32,000 bases of DNA, taken from Candidatus Iainarchaeum sp. (GTDB lineage: Archaea; Iainarchaeota; Iainarchaeia; Iainarchaeales; JACQJH01). Shown here piece after piece: positions 7,935 to 15,318 of this stretch (position 1 is the first letter of the stretch; every line of letters starts with the position of its first letter). A program made the position numbers and the translations under genes. Location of the stretch: positions 60,001 to 92,000 of the forward strand of contig JACQJH010000002.1 of the NCBI GenBank assembly GCA_016205145.1, in the 5' to 3' direction. The notes below the pieces were generated by a model, which was not told the origin of the DNA, did no database searches, and was given only the letters and a program-made list of their open reading frames with translations.

Positions 7935-8504
7935 ATGCAATGCGAAATCTGCGGCAAAAGCTTTTCAACCGGAAAAAAAGTCGAACTTGACGGAACGCTA
8001 ATGTTCGCGTGCGAAGACTGCGCCGGCTTCGGCAAGGCAAAAGAGGACATAAGGCCGATTGTGCGGGAAAAGCCGAGGCAAAACCCGAATGCCGGCAGGC
8101 ATGGCACGGCCGGACAGGCATTTGCGCCCGCGCCAAAAACCCTTGACACGCAATTCGATTTTGGCCTCGATTTGGCACCGGATTTCGGCCGGAAAATCCG
8201 GCACGCAAGGGAAAAGCAGGGCATGACAATCGAAGAGCTTGGCCTGAAAGCCTACGTTCCGGCATCCGAAATCAGGCGCATCGAATCGCAGTCACTGAAA
8301 CCCAATGATTTGCTCATAAAAAAGCTTGAATCGTGCCTCGGCATTTCTCTTAAGGAAAAAAGTGCCGGCAAAAGCGCGCCGGAAGGAAAAACCGCTACAG
8401 CACAGCCGGCAAAAAATGCCTTGCTGGGCGGGTCAACGCACGCTTTCACTCTTGGCGACATGATAAAAAGGAAGTCAGAGGAAAAACAGCAAAGTGAAAA
8501 GTGA
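7935..8504 (+). CDS. mbf1: Archaeal multiprotein bridging factor 1 (zinc ribbon plus XRE HTH)
   Basis: From the internal ATG at 7935: MQCEICGKSF..FACEDCAGFG (C4 ribbon), then HTH KIRHAREKQGMTIEELGLKAYVPASEIRRIE. Divergent from eno across a 71-nt gap. Confidence 0.85.
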   Translation: MQCEICGKSFSTGKKVELDGTLMFACEDCAGFGKAKEDIRPIVREKPRQNPNAGRHGTAGQAFAPAPKTLDTQFDFGLDLAPDFGRKIRHAREKQGMTIEELGLKAYVPASEIRRIESQSLKPNDLLIKKLESCLGISLKEKSAGKSAPEGKTATAQPAKNALLGGSTHAFTLGDMIKRKSEEKQQSEK

Positions 8505-8509
8505 AATCT

Positions 8510-9916
8510 ATGGCCGACCTTTTTTTGCTGTTCTCCGCATTCCTCGCCTTCGCGCTCATCACGACCTGGCTGCTGAAAAGGTTTGCCGGCGCGCAGACTT
8601 TTTACGTCGCCTCTCTTGTCCGGACGACCAAACTTTTGCATCTGCTTGACAAGCCGCTGTTTCTCGGAAAATGGCTCGACAGGCTCTGCGACCTCGGTTT
8701 TGTTCTGGGCTTCGGGGCGCTTGCCGTGGATTACCTGCATGGCAGGAAAAGAAAACCGTGGCAGCGCGCCGGCATCTTCGTTGTTTCATCCGCAATCCTG
8801 TTCATTTTTTTTGAAACTGTTTTTGCGGCAGTTCTCTCAAACCCATTCATTGCCGGTGAACAGCGCCTGCTGTCGGTTTTCTTCGCGCTGTCCGGCTTTG
8901 CGGGTTTCACTATTGCCTCGCTTGCGGCATACGCGGTTTTCATAATCTCGAATTCGCTGGCAGGCCAGGCGGTCTGCCCCGGCATCGCGCCGATCATTCC
9001 GGGCGTTGACATTCCAAAAGTGCCGATTTCCGTGCCCCTGCACGCGTGGATATCGTTTTTCATCATTCTCGCGGTGCATGAGGGAATGCACGGCGTTCTG
9101 GCAAAAAGGTTCAAGGTCAAAATAAAGAGCGCGGGCCTGCTTTTGCTCGGCCTGCTTCCCATCGGGGCGTTCGTCGAACCAGACGAGGAAAAGCTCAAAA
9201 AAATAAAGCACCAGAATGCCATAAGGATTTTCAGCGCAGGCCCGACAGCAAACCTGCTGTCCGTACTGGCAATAATAATCGCAGCCAACCTGGTTGTTGC
9301 ATTCGTGTTCATGCCGTTCATTTTCCCGCAGGCGCAGAAAATCAGGAACAGCATTTCCGCAGGCGTTTTTGTGGGGGAAGTCGAAAAGGAAATCAGCTTC
9401 TGCGGAAAAAAATATTCCAGCCCGGCCAGCGGAATACTTGACGGGGGAATGCAGATAGTTGCCGTCAACGGCGTCAAAGTCAAAACCCTTGCGGAACTCG
9501 TGCCAAAACTGCAGGAAAAAGCAGCAAACACTTTCACTGTCTTGGACGCGCAGGGCAATGTTTCCGAAAAAACCGTTGTCCCGAACGAACTCGGCGCAAT
9601 GGGCTTTGCCGTCGAGGAAAAACAGAAGGAAAACGCCGTTGTGCCGCAATGGTACAAGGCGTACTCCGAAATTGTTTCGTTCCTGGCAAGCTTTTTCGTG
9701 TGGCTGGCCATTTTGAGCGTTCTTGTCGGCATAGTCAACTTCCTGCCGGTTGAGCCCTTTGACGGCGGAAAAATAGCAAAGCTTTTGCTCCTGCCATATT
9801 TTTCATTCGCAAAAATGCCGGAAGAGGACACGAAAAAGCTGATTGGCAGGATACTTGCATGGCTGGTTTTCAGCCTGCTCGCGATAAACGCTTTGCCGTT
9901 CATACTGCCGTTTTAA
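8510..9916 (+). CDS. Site-2 protease family (M50) intramembrane metalloprotease with PDZ-like insert
   Basis: HEGMHGVLAKR (HExxH) in a TM helix. Distal NFLPVEPFDGGKI (NxxPxxxxDG) motif. PDZ-like segment GMQIVAVNGVKVKTLAEL. ATG 8510 lies 6 nt after the mbf1 stop. Confidence 0.88.
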   Translation: MADLFLLFSAFLAFALITTWLLKRFAGAQTFYVASLVRTTKLLHLLDKPLFLGKWLDRLCDLGFVLGFGALAVDYLHGRKRKPWQRAGIFVVSSAILFIFFETVFAAVLSNPFIAGEQRLLSVFFALSGFAGFTIASLAAYAVFIISNSLAGQAVCPGIAPIIPGVDIPKVPISVPLHAWISFFIILAVHEGMHGVLAKRFKVKIKSAGLLLLGLLPIGAFVEPDEEKLKKIKHQNAIRIFSAGPTANLLSVLAIIIAANLVVAFVFMPFIFPQAQKIRNSISAGVFVGEVEKEISFCGKKYSSPASGILDGGMQIVAVNGVKVKTLAELVPKLQEKAANTFTVLDAQGNVSEKTVVPNELGAMGFAVEEKQKENAVVPQWYKAYSEIVSFLASFFVWLAILSVLVGIVNFLPVEPFDGGKIAKLLLLPYFSFAKMPEEDTKKLIGRILAWLVFSLLAINALPFILPF

Positions 9917-10014
9917 AGGCAAAAAAACGCTCAAATGGCAGAAAAGGAATCATTTAACCCTTTAACCGTACAAGGGCAACGCTTTTATTCTTTTTTTGGC
10001 ATATGCTATAGTGC

Positions 10015-10215
10015 ATGGATGAGTTTCTCAGCCTTGCCACTGACCGGCAAACGACAATGGGCCTTATTCTGGTCATTTTCGGCATCATTTTCGTGCTGAA
10101 CGCAATCGGCATGTTCAGATTCTCCGCAGTATTCTTTTCACGCGACCTTGATACCCTGTTCGCATTCGTGCTATTCGGCATCGGCATGGCGACAATCTAC
10201 AACGATTCAAATTGA
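10015..10215 (+). CDS. Hypothetical small two-TM membrane protein
   Basis: 66-aa ORF. TATA-like CTTTTATTC lies about 28 nt upstream of the ATG (leaderless geometry). No family recognised. Confidence 0.35.
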   Translation: MDEFLSLATDRQTTMGLILVIFGIIFVLNAIGMFRFSAVFFSRDLDTLFAFVLFGIGMATIYNDSN

Positions 10216-10251
10216 ACAAAGCATTTAATCAATACTTCAAACAAACAGGCA

Positions 10252-10698
10252 TTAGCGCCTTTTTAGCGGGTTGATTGCTTCGATCCAGCTTATTTTTCTG
10301 AAATCTTTCTCGTTTTCCGTGAAAATCACGGTTATTCCGTGCTCGCGCATTGTTGCCGCGACAAGCGCGTCCCAGAAATGGACTTTGCACGCCTGCTTTA
10401 CGTTTAGGGCTTCGATAACCGTTTTTTCGTTGTGCGAAACAACCCTTGATGCTTTTGACAGGTCCAGCAGGATTTGCTTGGCTGTTTCAGTGCCTAACGC
10501 GTTTTCAAGCTTTTCCGTGGCAGCCGAAGAGAATTCCGAAAAAACCTGGGCCGAAAAAACCGCGCTGCCATTCAAAACCATTTCTGAAACGAATTCCGCG
10601 GCCAGCGGATGCTTCTCGGTTTCACTTGCGTCATAAGCGTAAATCAGAATGTTTGAATCAATGAGGCCTTTTTTGCCGCCCAAGTCATTTCCTGCCAT
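10252..10698 (-). CDS. vapC: PIN-domain ribonuclease toxin (VapC-like)
   Basis: GLIDSNILIYAYD (first acidic PIN motif), a later conserved D in WDALVAAT, and a C-terminal ENEKDF. The ATG at 10698 overlaps the upstream antitoxin ORF by 14 nt. Confidence 0.8.
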   Translation of the reverse strand: MAGNDLGGKKGLIDSNILIYAYDASETEKHPLAAEFVSEMVLNGSAVFSAQVFSEFSSAATEKLENALGTETAKQILLDLSKASRVVSHNEKTVIEALNVKQACKVHFWDALVAATMREHGITVIFTENEKDFRKISWIEAINPLKRR

Positions 10699-10939
10699 AC
10701 AGTTCAGCCCTGTGCGAGAAATTGATTTTGCCAAGCTTGAAGCCCTTTTTCATCCACTGCGCCTGCCTTTGCGCGGCGCTTTTGGCGTCGTTTTCTGCCG
10801 AAAGCATTTCCACTGCCTCCGCAATGACCTTTGCCATGGAACCCTTCCTTCCATCGTATTTTTCATCGGCAAGCTCGCGCAGTTTCTTTTCCGCGGATTC
10901 GTCCAATGAAACTGTGATATTGGCCAAAATTACCACCAA
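10685..10939 (-). CDS. vapB: RHH/CopG-like antitoxin (VapB-like)
   Basis: 84-aa ORF directly upstream of and overlapping the PIN gene. The N-terminal beta-strand-like ITVSLDESAEKKLRELA is typical of ribbon-helix-helix antitoxins. There is no ATG at the 5' end, so the start is TTG 10939 or GTG 10936. Confidence 0.65.
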   Translation of the reverse strand: MVVILANITVSLDESAEKKLRELADEKYDGRKGSMAKVIAEAVEMLSAENDAKSAAQRQAQWMKKGFKLGKINFSHRAELYGRK

Positions 10940-10960
10940 CAGATATACGTAGATAACAAT

Positions 10961-10970
10961 TATTTAAATA
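10961..10970 (-). promoter_or_regulatory. TATA box (TATTTAAATA) for the vapBC operon
   Basis: A palindromic consensus-like archaeal TATA element centred about 26 nt upstream of the TTG/GTG start. This implies a leaderless transcript. Confidence 0.55.
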
Positions 10971-11193
10971 CATCTGTTTTTCGTCTTTTGCCGTTTTCCG
11001 GCATTGCTTTTTATTCGGAATGGCACGACCGGCGCATCAGAAAAAAGGCGACTACCGCGGTTTTAAGGCTTCAGCCCCGCCAATTCAATCAATTGCAGAT
11101 AAACTGGTTGCAGGCACGCCTGACAAAATAGAAAAAAAGAAATGGAAGGGAGAAGGCAAACGCCCCTCCCTAAAAAAAGTTTTGGCCGGCCGC

Positions 11194-12285
11194 TTACCTG
11201 ATGAAATCCAGGCCTATGTCGTTCCTGCCGCTGCCCCTGCTTCTTGACGAAGCAGAGGAGGACTCCGGACTCCCGCTCTTTATGTAAGGGGAGTGCACGC
11301 CAGTGAAAACCGTGATGACTTCCATCTTGTTTTCAAAGGTCGGGTCAACCCTCGCACCCCAGATGACCGTTGCATTGGGATCGATCCTTTCCGTGAGCAG
11401 TTCGCCGACGGCGTTCGCATCTCCAAGAGTCAGTTCGGGTCCGCCGGTGATGTGGATGAGCGCGCCCGTTGCCCCGGTGATGTCAACGTCAAGCAAGGCG
11501 TTCTTGAGGGTGTCCTCGACAACCTCGCCGACCTTGTTGACCGACTTGGATTCGCCGACTGCTATGACTGAAAGGCCCTTGTTGCTCATTACAGACCTGA
11601 CGTCCGCGTAGTCCAGGTTGATCAAAGACGGCTGGGTTATTGTTTCGGTTATGCCCCTGACTGTCCTTGCTATGACTTCGTCCGCAACCTTGAATGCGTC
11701 CTGAATCGGCAGGTTCGGCACCAGTTCGACAAGCCTGTTGTTGTCGATTACGACAACCGTGTCGGTTACGCCGCGCAAAGCGTCAATGCCTTCCTCGGCC
11801 TTGATGAGCCTTGCCTTTTCCAAAGCGAAAGGATAGGTGACCATTGCAATGACAATTGCGCCCTGCTCCTTTGCGATTTCGGAAACAATCGGCGCTGAGC
11901 CTGTGCCCGTGCCGCCGCCCATGCCCGCGCAGACAAACAACAAGTCGACGCCGGACAAAACCTCTTCCAGTGCGCCCCTTGAAACTTCCGCTGCCTTCGA
12001 GCCGATTTCAGGGTAGCCGCCCGCGCCAAGACCGCGCGTCACGGACTTTCCGATAAGAATCTTTGTCAGCTCGTCGCTCACCAATGCGAGGTGCTGCTTG
12101 TCAGTGTTGATTGCGACAAGCTGTGCGCCGCTGATGCCCATTGTTGCGAGCCTGTTGACTGTGTTGCAGCCTGCGCCGCCGCAGCCAATAACCATTATTT
12201 TAGGCGTGCCAAACTCTTCCAGCTTGTCATCCTCGACTTTGGACTGCGAAGACTTCTGGACGGCACTATCTATAACAGATTTCAC
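11194..12285 (-). CDS. ftsZ: Cell division GTPase FtsZ
   Basis: IMVIGCGGAGCNTVNRL, tubulin signature GMGGGTGTGSAPIVSEIAKE, and NLDYADVRSVM. GTG start with GGGGTGG upstream. Confidence 0.95.
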   Translation of the reverse strand: MKSVIDSAVQKSSQSKVEDDKLEEFGTPKIMVIGCGGAGCNTVNRLATMGISGAQLVAINTDKQHLALVSDELTKILIGKSVTRGLGAGGYPEIGSKAAEVSRGALEEVLSGVDLLFVCAGMGGGTGTGSAPIVSEIAKEQGAIVIAMVTYPFALEKARLIKAEEGIDALRGVTDTVVVIDNNRLVELVPNLPIQDAFKVADEVIARTVRGITETITQPSLINLDYADVRSVMSNKGLSVIAVGESKSVNKVGEVVEDTLKNALLDVDITGATGALIHITGGPELTLGDANAVGELLTERIDPNATVIWGARVDPTFENKMEVITVFTGVHSPYIKSGSPESSSASSRSRGSGRNDIGLDFIR

Positions 12286-12980
12286 AAAACCACCCCTCTC
12301 CGAAAAAAAACTCTTTCCAATCGGATCCTTCCACCAACAAGTTCAATGGAATTCGATGAAAAAATCCAATTGCTATTACAATACCTAAACTCCTTAATAT
12401 AGGTTTCTTATTGCCAGCGCAAAAATATTAACGCTGAAAAGCAGGAAAAAGCCCAAAATAAGCCCTGTTTGCCAAACAGCCACAAAAAAGGCAAACAAAA
12501 TGTTCGCAAAACCCGGCAAAACATGAATTCAGGGCTATAAAAGCGCAAAAAAAGCGGCACAATCAAAAATATGCCAACAAAAAGCTTTTCAGCCAAAAAT
12601 AAGCCAGCTGACAGTGTTTTAAGGCGACGGAAAATGAGCCGAAAACGCCAATTTTTATGTAGCTGTGCTGAAGGGGGCATTTCCGAATCCATAGGCAGGC
12701 CAAAACAAAAAATAATTTATGTAGAATGGGCCTTTTCTGTTTTAAATCATGCAAAAAAGCAGGAAAAAATGCCTTAACGCAGGCAAAAACAGCCAACAAA
12801 AAAAAGGCCGAAAACGCAGGCAAAAACTCAAACAAAAAACAGCGGCAAAGCAAACCAAACAACAAACTTTTGGCCAACGTGGTTTTTTCGCCTGGCAAAA
12901 ACAGCTTTTTAAAAGCAACGCATATTAATGTTTTGAGCCAAAAAAACTTAGCGAAAATTGCTGTTTTATCGGCTGGCCAT

Positions 12981-13053
12981 GCCCAGGTAGCTCAGTAGGT
13001 AGAGCAATCGGCTGTTAACCGATCGGTCGCAGGTTCAAGTCCTGCCCTGGGCG
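12981..13053 (+). tRNA. tRNA-Asn (anticodon GUU), no intron
   Basis: GCCCAGGTAGCTCAGTAGGTAGAGCAATCGGCTGTTAACCGATCGGTCGCAGGTTCAAGTCCTGCCCTGGGCG folds as a cloverleaf with anticodon loop CTGTTAA. T-rich sequence follows. Confidence 0.93.
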
Positions 13054-13213
13054 CTTTAATCTTGTTCTTTCAACCATTCGTGAAACTCATTAGTTGCCTC
13101 CCCTTTTGAAATAGCCAAAGAATGCAACCAAAAAAGACTAAAAAAAGCTTTTCACGGCAGCCGGATTCAGCCTGTTTATAAGTTGTTTCACGAAAAGCAT
13201 TTTTAGGGGTCGA

Positions 13214-13375
13214 ATGCTCGATTGGCTGTTCAAAAAGAGGAAAAGGAAGCGGGAGATGGACGGCGAAGAATTCTTTGACAGCGACGAGGATTCTGATGCC
13301 GGCGCGGATGACGCCGGCCCCACTGACGCGGATTCGGATGATGCCGGTGCCGACGACGGCGATGCCGACGATTGA
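13214..13375 (+). CDS. Hypothetical 53-aa protein with a basic N-terminus and a poly-acidic tail
   Basis: Own translation: MLDWLFKKRKRKREMDGEEFFDSDEDSDAGADDAGPTDADSDDAGADDGDADD. AGGGGT lies 5 nt upstream of the ATG and TATA-like GTTTATAAG lies about 35 nt upstream. The opposite-strand ORF 13138..13323 has no such signals. Confidence 0.4.
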   Translation: MLDWLFKKRKRKREMDGEEFFDSDEDSDAGADDAGPTDADSDDAGADDGDADD

Positions 13376-13460
13376 GGCCTTGCCGGAAAAACCGGGCGGT
13401 CAAGGCCGATTGCCGGATAAAATCGGTTAAAGGCCCGCCTGAGCGGGCCCCTGTTCGTTT
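13376..13460. terminator. Hairpin-rich convergent intergenic region, probable bidirectional terminator
   Basis: GGCCTTG..CAAGGCC, CCGAT..ATCGG and a perfect GGCCCGC-CTGA-GCGGGCC (13432-13449), flanked by T-runs on both strands. It lies between the small acidic ORF (+) and thi4 (-). Confidence 0.4.
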
Positions 13461-13463
13461 TGG

Positions 13464-14276
13464 TTATTTTTTTGCTTTTACCTGTTCTTTTTCAATCTGC
13501 CCCAGTTTTTCGTGCGCGATCTGCGCGGCTTTTTCCCCGCTCAAGAACATTGCCCCAAAAATGGGGCCCATTCTCGGCAGGCCGTAAGCCGAGTTGACGG
13601 CCATTCCGCATACAACCAGGCCGGGATAGATTTCCTGCGTCTGTTCGACCGTCACTTTTTCGGATTTGTCGGCCCACATGCTGCCCTCTCTGCCGCGCAC
13701 TGGAAACCCGATTTTGTCGCCGGCAACGGAAACTATTTCTGTTGCATGGCCTGACGCGTCAATGACTATTTTTGACCTGAACGCCAGCGGGTCGACGCAG
13801 GTAACCCATTCCGGGTAGTTTGAGACGGCGTGCCAGTTTGCTACGACTCCTTTTATGCCGTCGTCGCGGTAAACCACGTCAACCACTTCGACCGCGTTCA
13901 GCATTCTTGCGCCGGCATCAAGGGCCTTTGCAAGCAGCTTTGTGGAAACCTCGCATGCGTCCCCGACATAGAGGCTGTCCTTGTAGGGCTTCATCGACCT
14001 GACGCCCGCTTCCCTGAGCAAATGCATTGCATTTTCCTCGACGACAAGCTTGTTCATCAGCATTCCGCCCAGATACATGCCCCCGCCCGGCTTGATGTTT
14101 TTTTCCATTACCACCACTTTATGGCCTTTTTCGGCAAGCTTCCATGCCGCAATCGTGCCGGCAGGCCCGGAGCCAATCACTATGGCATCGGCATCCGTGC
14201 ACGAATAGAGTTCCTGCATGAACTCCGAAATTATCGCCTGCGAAATGTCCTTTTCGTCTATTTCAGTTTTAGCCAT
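13464..14276 (-). CDS. thi4: Thiamine thiazole synthase (Thi4 family)
   Basis: 270 aa. DAIVIGSGPAGTIAAWKLAEKG (FAD dinucleotide fold), then EKNIKPGGGMYLGGMLMNKLVV, typical of archaeal Thi4. GGAGGT lies 9 nt upstream of the ATG. Confidence 0.9.
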   Translation of the reverse strand: MAKTEIDEKDISQAIISEFMQELYSCTDADAIVIGSGPAGTIAAWKLAEKGHKVVVMEKNIKPGGGMYLGGMLMNKLVVEENAMHLLREAGVRSMKPYKDSLYVGDACEVSTKLLAKALDAGARMLNAVEVVDVVYRDDGIKGVVANWHAVSNYPEWVTCVDPLAFRSKIVIDASGHATEIVSVAGDKIGFPVRGREGSMWADKSEKVTVEQTQEIYPGLVVCGMAVNSAYGLPRMGPIFGAMFLSGEKAAQIAHEKLGQIEKEQVKAKK

Positions 14277-14308
14277 TTTCCATTACCTCCCAAAAAATTG
14301 CTGTTATT

Positions 14309-14446
14309 TCAGATTCTTTTGACTATTATGTCCTTGCCACGGACAACGTACCGCAGCAAACCGCGCTGGGCCATGCCCTTTTCGCGCAGCTCGTTCAGGA
14401 TTTCCATTGAAAGCGTTTTCGCGTTGACTTTTCCCTGATGCCTCAA
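14309..14446 (-). CDS. Candidate 45-aa ORF coupled to the thiE stop (TTGA overlap)
   Basis: Own translation from TTG 14446: MRHQGKVNAKTLSMEILNELREKGMAQRGLLRYVVRGKDIIVKRI. GGAGGTG lies 5 nt upstream, inside the thiE 3' end. It fills most of the 166-nt thiE-thi4 gap. No family recognised. Confidence 0.3.
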   Translation of the reverse strand: MRHQGKVNAKTLSMEILNELREKGMAQRGLLRYVVRGKDIIVKRI

Positions 14447-15096
14447 GATTGCACCTCCAAATGTTTGCCTTTGCGCACGCTTGCCTTTGCATTTCGGATC
14501 AGCGCCTCGATTTGCGCCGCCTTTTCCCGCACGTTTTCCGCACAGGCGATTTCCGAAACCATGCATGCGAAATCCGCGCCCGCGCAGATGACCGATTCAA
14601 CGTTTTCCGCTTTTATTCCGCCGATTGCGCCAAGCGGCTTGGAAACAGCCGCACGCGTTTCCCTTAGAACTTCAAGACCGAGAGGCGGGGTTGAATGGTG
14701 TTTTGTGCTTGTCGGAAAAATGTGGCCGAGGCTCAGGTAGTCGACATGAAAATCATCGGCCCGCCGTGCCTGTTCAACAGAATGCACGGTACGGCCCAGA
14801 ATGCCGGAAAAATGCCTTCGGATGTCTTCCACGCTTAAGTCGTCTTCGCCGGCGTGCAACCCGTCAGCGTCAGAGGCAAGGGCAATGTCCAGCCTGTCGT
14901 CAACAATGAAGTCCGCCCTGCCGGCGCAGATTTTTTTCAGCTTTTTCGCGGTTTCCGACATCGTGCGCGAATCAAGGCTTTTTTCGCGGTATTGCACGGC
15001 CCTGACGCCGGCATTGACGGCCGCTTCGGCGTCATCCAGAACGGTTTTTACTGTAAGCCGCGAATCGGTTATGAAATAAAGGTTCCAGCCGCGCAT
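14443..15096 (-). CDS. thiE: Thiamine-phosphate synthase
   Basis: LYFITD.. VRAVQYREK.. DGLHAG.. IGGIKAENV motifs of ThiE. ATG 15096 is preferred over the track TTG 15141 because TATA-like TTTTTAAAATC lies about 30 nt upstream of 15096. Confidence 0.88.
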   Translation of the reverse strand: MRGWNLYFITDSRLTVKTVLDDAEAAVNAGVRAVQYREKSLDSRTMSETAKKLKKICAGRADFIVDDRLDIALASDADGLHAGEDDLSVEDIRRHFSGILGRTVHSVEQARRADDFHVDYLSLGHIFPTSTKHHSTPPLGLEVLRETRAAVSKPLGAIGGIKAENVESVICAGADFACMVSEIACAENVREKAAQIEALIRNAKASVRKGKHLEVQS

Positions 15097-15318
15097 GCAA
15101 ACCGAAAGACAAAAGAGCGGAATTGATTTTAAAAACGGCAAAAAAAATTCCGCGAAAACCGGGCAAAATTCGGTGTTCGACGGAATTTAAGCCGGCTGTA
15201 AAATATTGACCGGCCCCATGGTTACCCGCATCCTCGTTCGTCCTTGACCAGCCCAATCATGTGCTGATTTCATCATACTTCTTCATACAAGCGCATACCA
15301 TAGCTTCTGCGAAACAAA

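Noticed and set aside
7864-8265. 134-aa N-terminal extension of the enolase ORF (track ORF 6601..8265)
   Set aside because: The extension is Arg/Cys/Pro-rich nonsense that overlaps mbf1 on the other strand. A canonical enolase N-terminus (MVSKILSVHARQVLDSRGNPTVE) with a GGTGAGG SD begins at 7863.
8731-9903. 390-aa minus-strand ORF (also 8837..9649) opposite the site-2 protease gene
   Set aside because: It is an antisense shadow of a confidently identified gene. It has low-complexity Ser/Ala/Phe-rich composition, no motifs and no start-site signals. The same reasoning applies to 15358..16251 and 15780..16292 (antisense to glpX), 29812..30744 and 29831..30421 (antisense to ribBA), 2023..2867 frames (antisense to thiD and tRNA-Glu), 17384..18181, 19167..19985, 19735..20316, 13830..14438 and 38..424.
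9998-10010. 13-nt repeat GGCATATGCTATA shared with 21418-21430
   Set aside because: I estimate that about ten or more 13-mer coincidences are expected by chance between both strands of a 32-kb window. There is no extended similarity around either copy.
11020-11247. 75-aa + strand ORF overlapping the ftsZ 3' end
   Set aside because: It overlaps ftsZ by 54 nt on the opposite strand. There is no SD, and the TATA-like box is too close to the ATG. The region is better explained as the ftsZ terminator (T7, GGGAG..CTCCC hairpin, T7).
12286-12980. Replication origin (oriC) interpretation of the A-rich gap
   Set aside because: No ORB or mini-ORB-like inverted repeats could be recognised, and no orc1/cdc6 gene is adjacent. 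It is kept only as a low-probability option within the A-tract finding.
12408-12998. ORFs in the ftsZ/tRNA-Asn gap (12408..12692 -, 12563..12898 -, 12571..12777 +, 12726..12998 +)
   Set aside because: The minus-strand frames are Phe/Leu/Cys-rich only because that strand is T-rich, and they have TTG starts with no SD. The plus-strand frames are Lys/Asn/Gln low complexity, and one overlaps tRNA-Asn. They are treated as non-coding.
14309-14566. 85-aa minus-strand ORF overlapping the thiE 3' end
   Set aside because: Its first 40 codons are an out-of-frame overlap with thiE and have Gly/Arg/Lys-rich composition. Only the distal 45 codons, which have their own SD and TTG, are retained as a low-confidence candidate.
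15240-15280. C/D-box sRNA-like motif (minus strand ATGATGA at 15270-15276, followed by ATGATTG)
   Set aside because: No D' or D box (CTGA) occurs at appropriate spacing, and there is no terminal stem. A single C-box heptamer is expected by chance.
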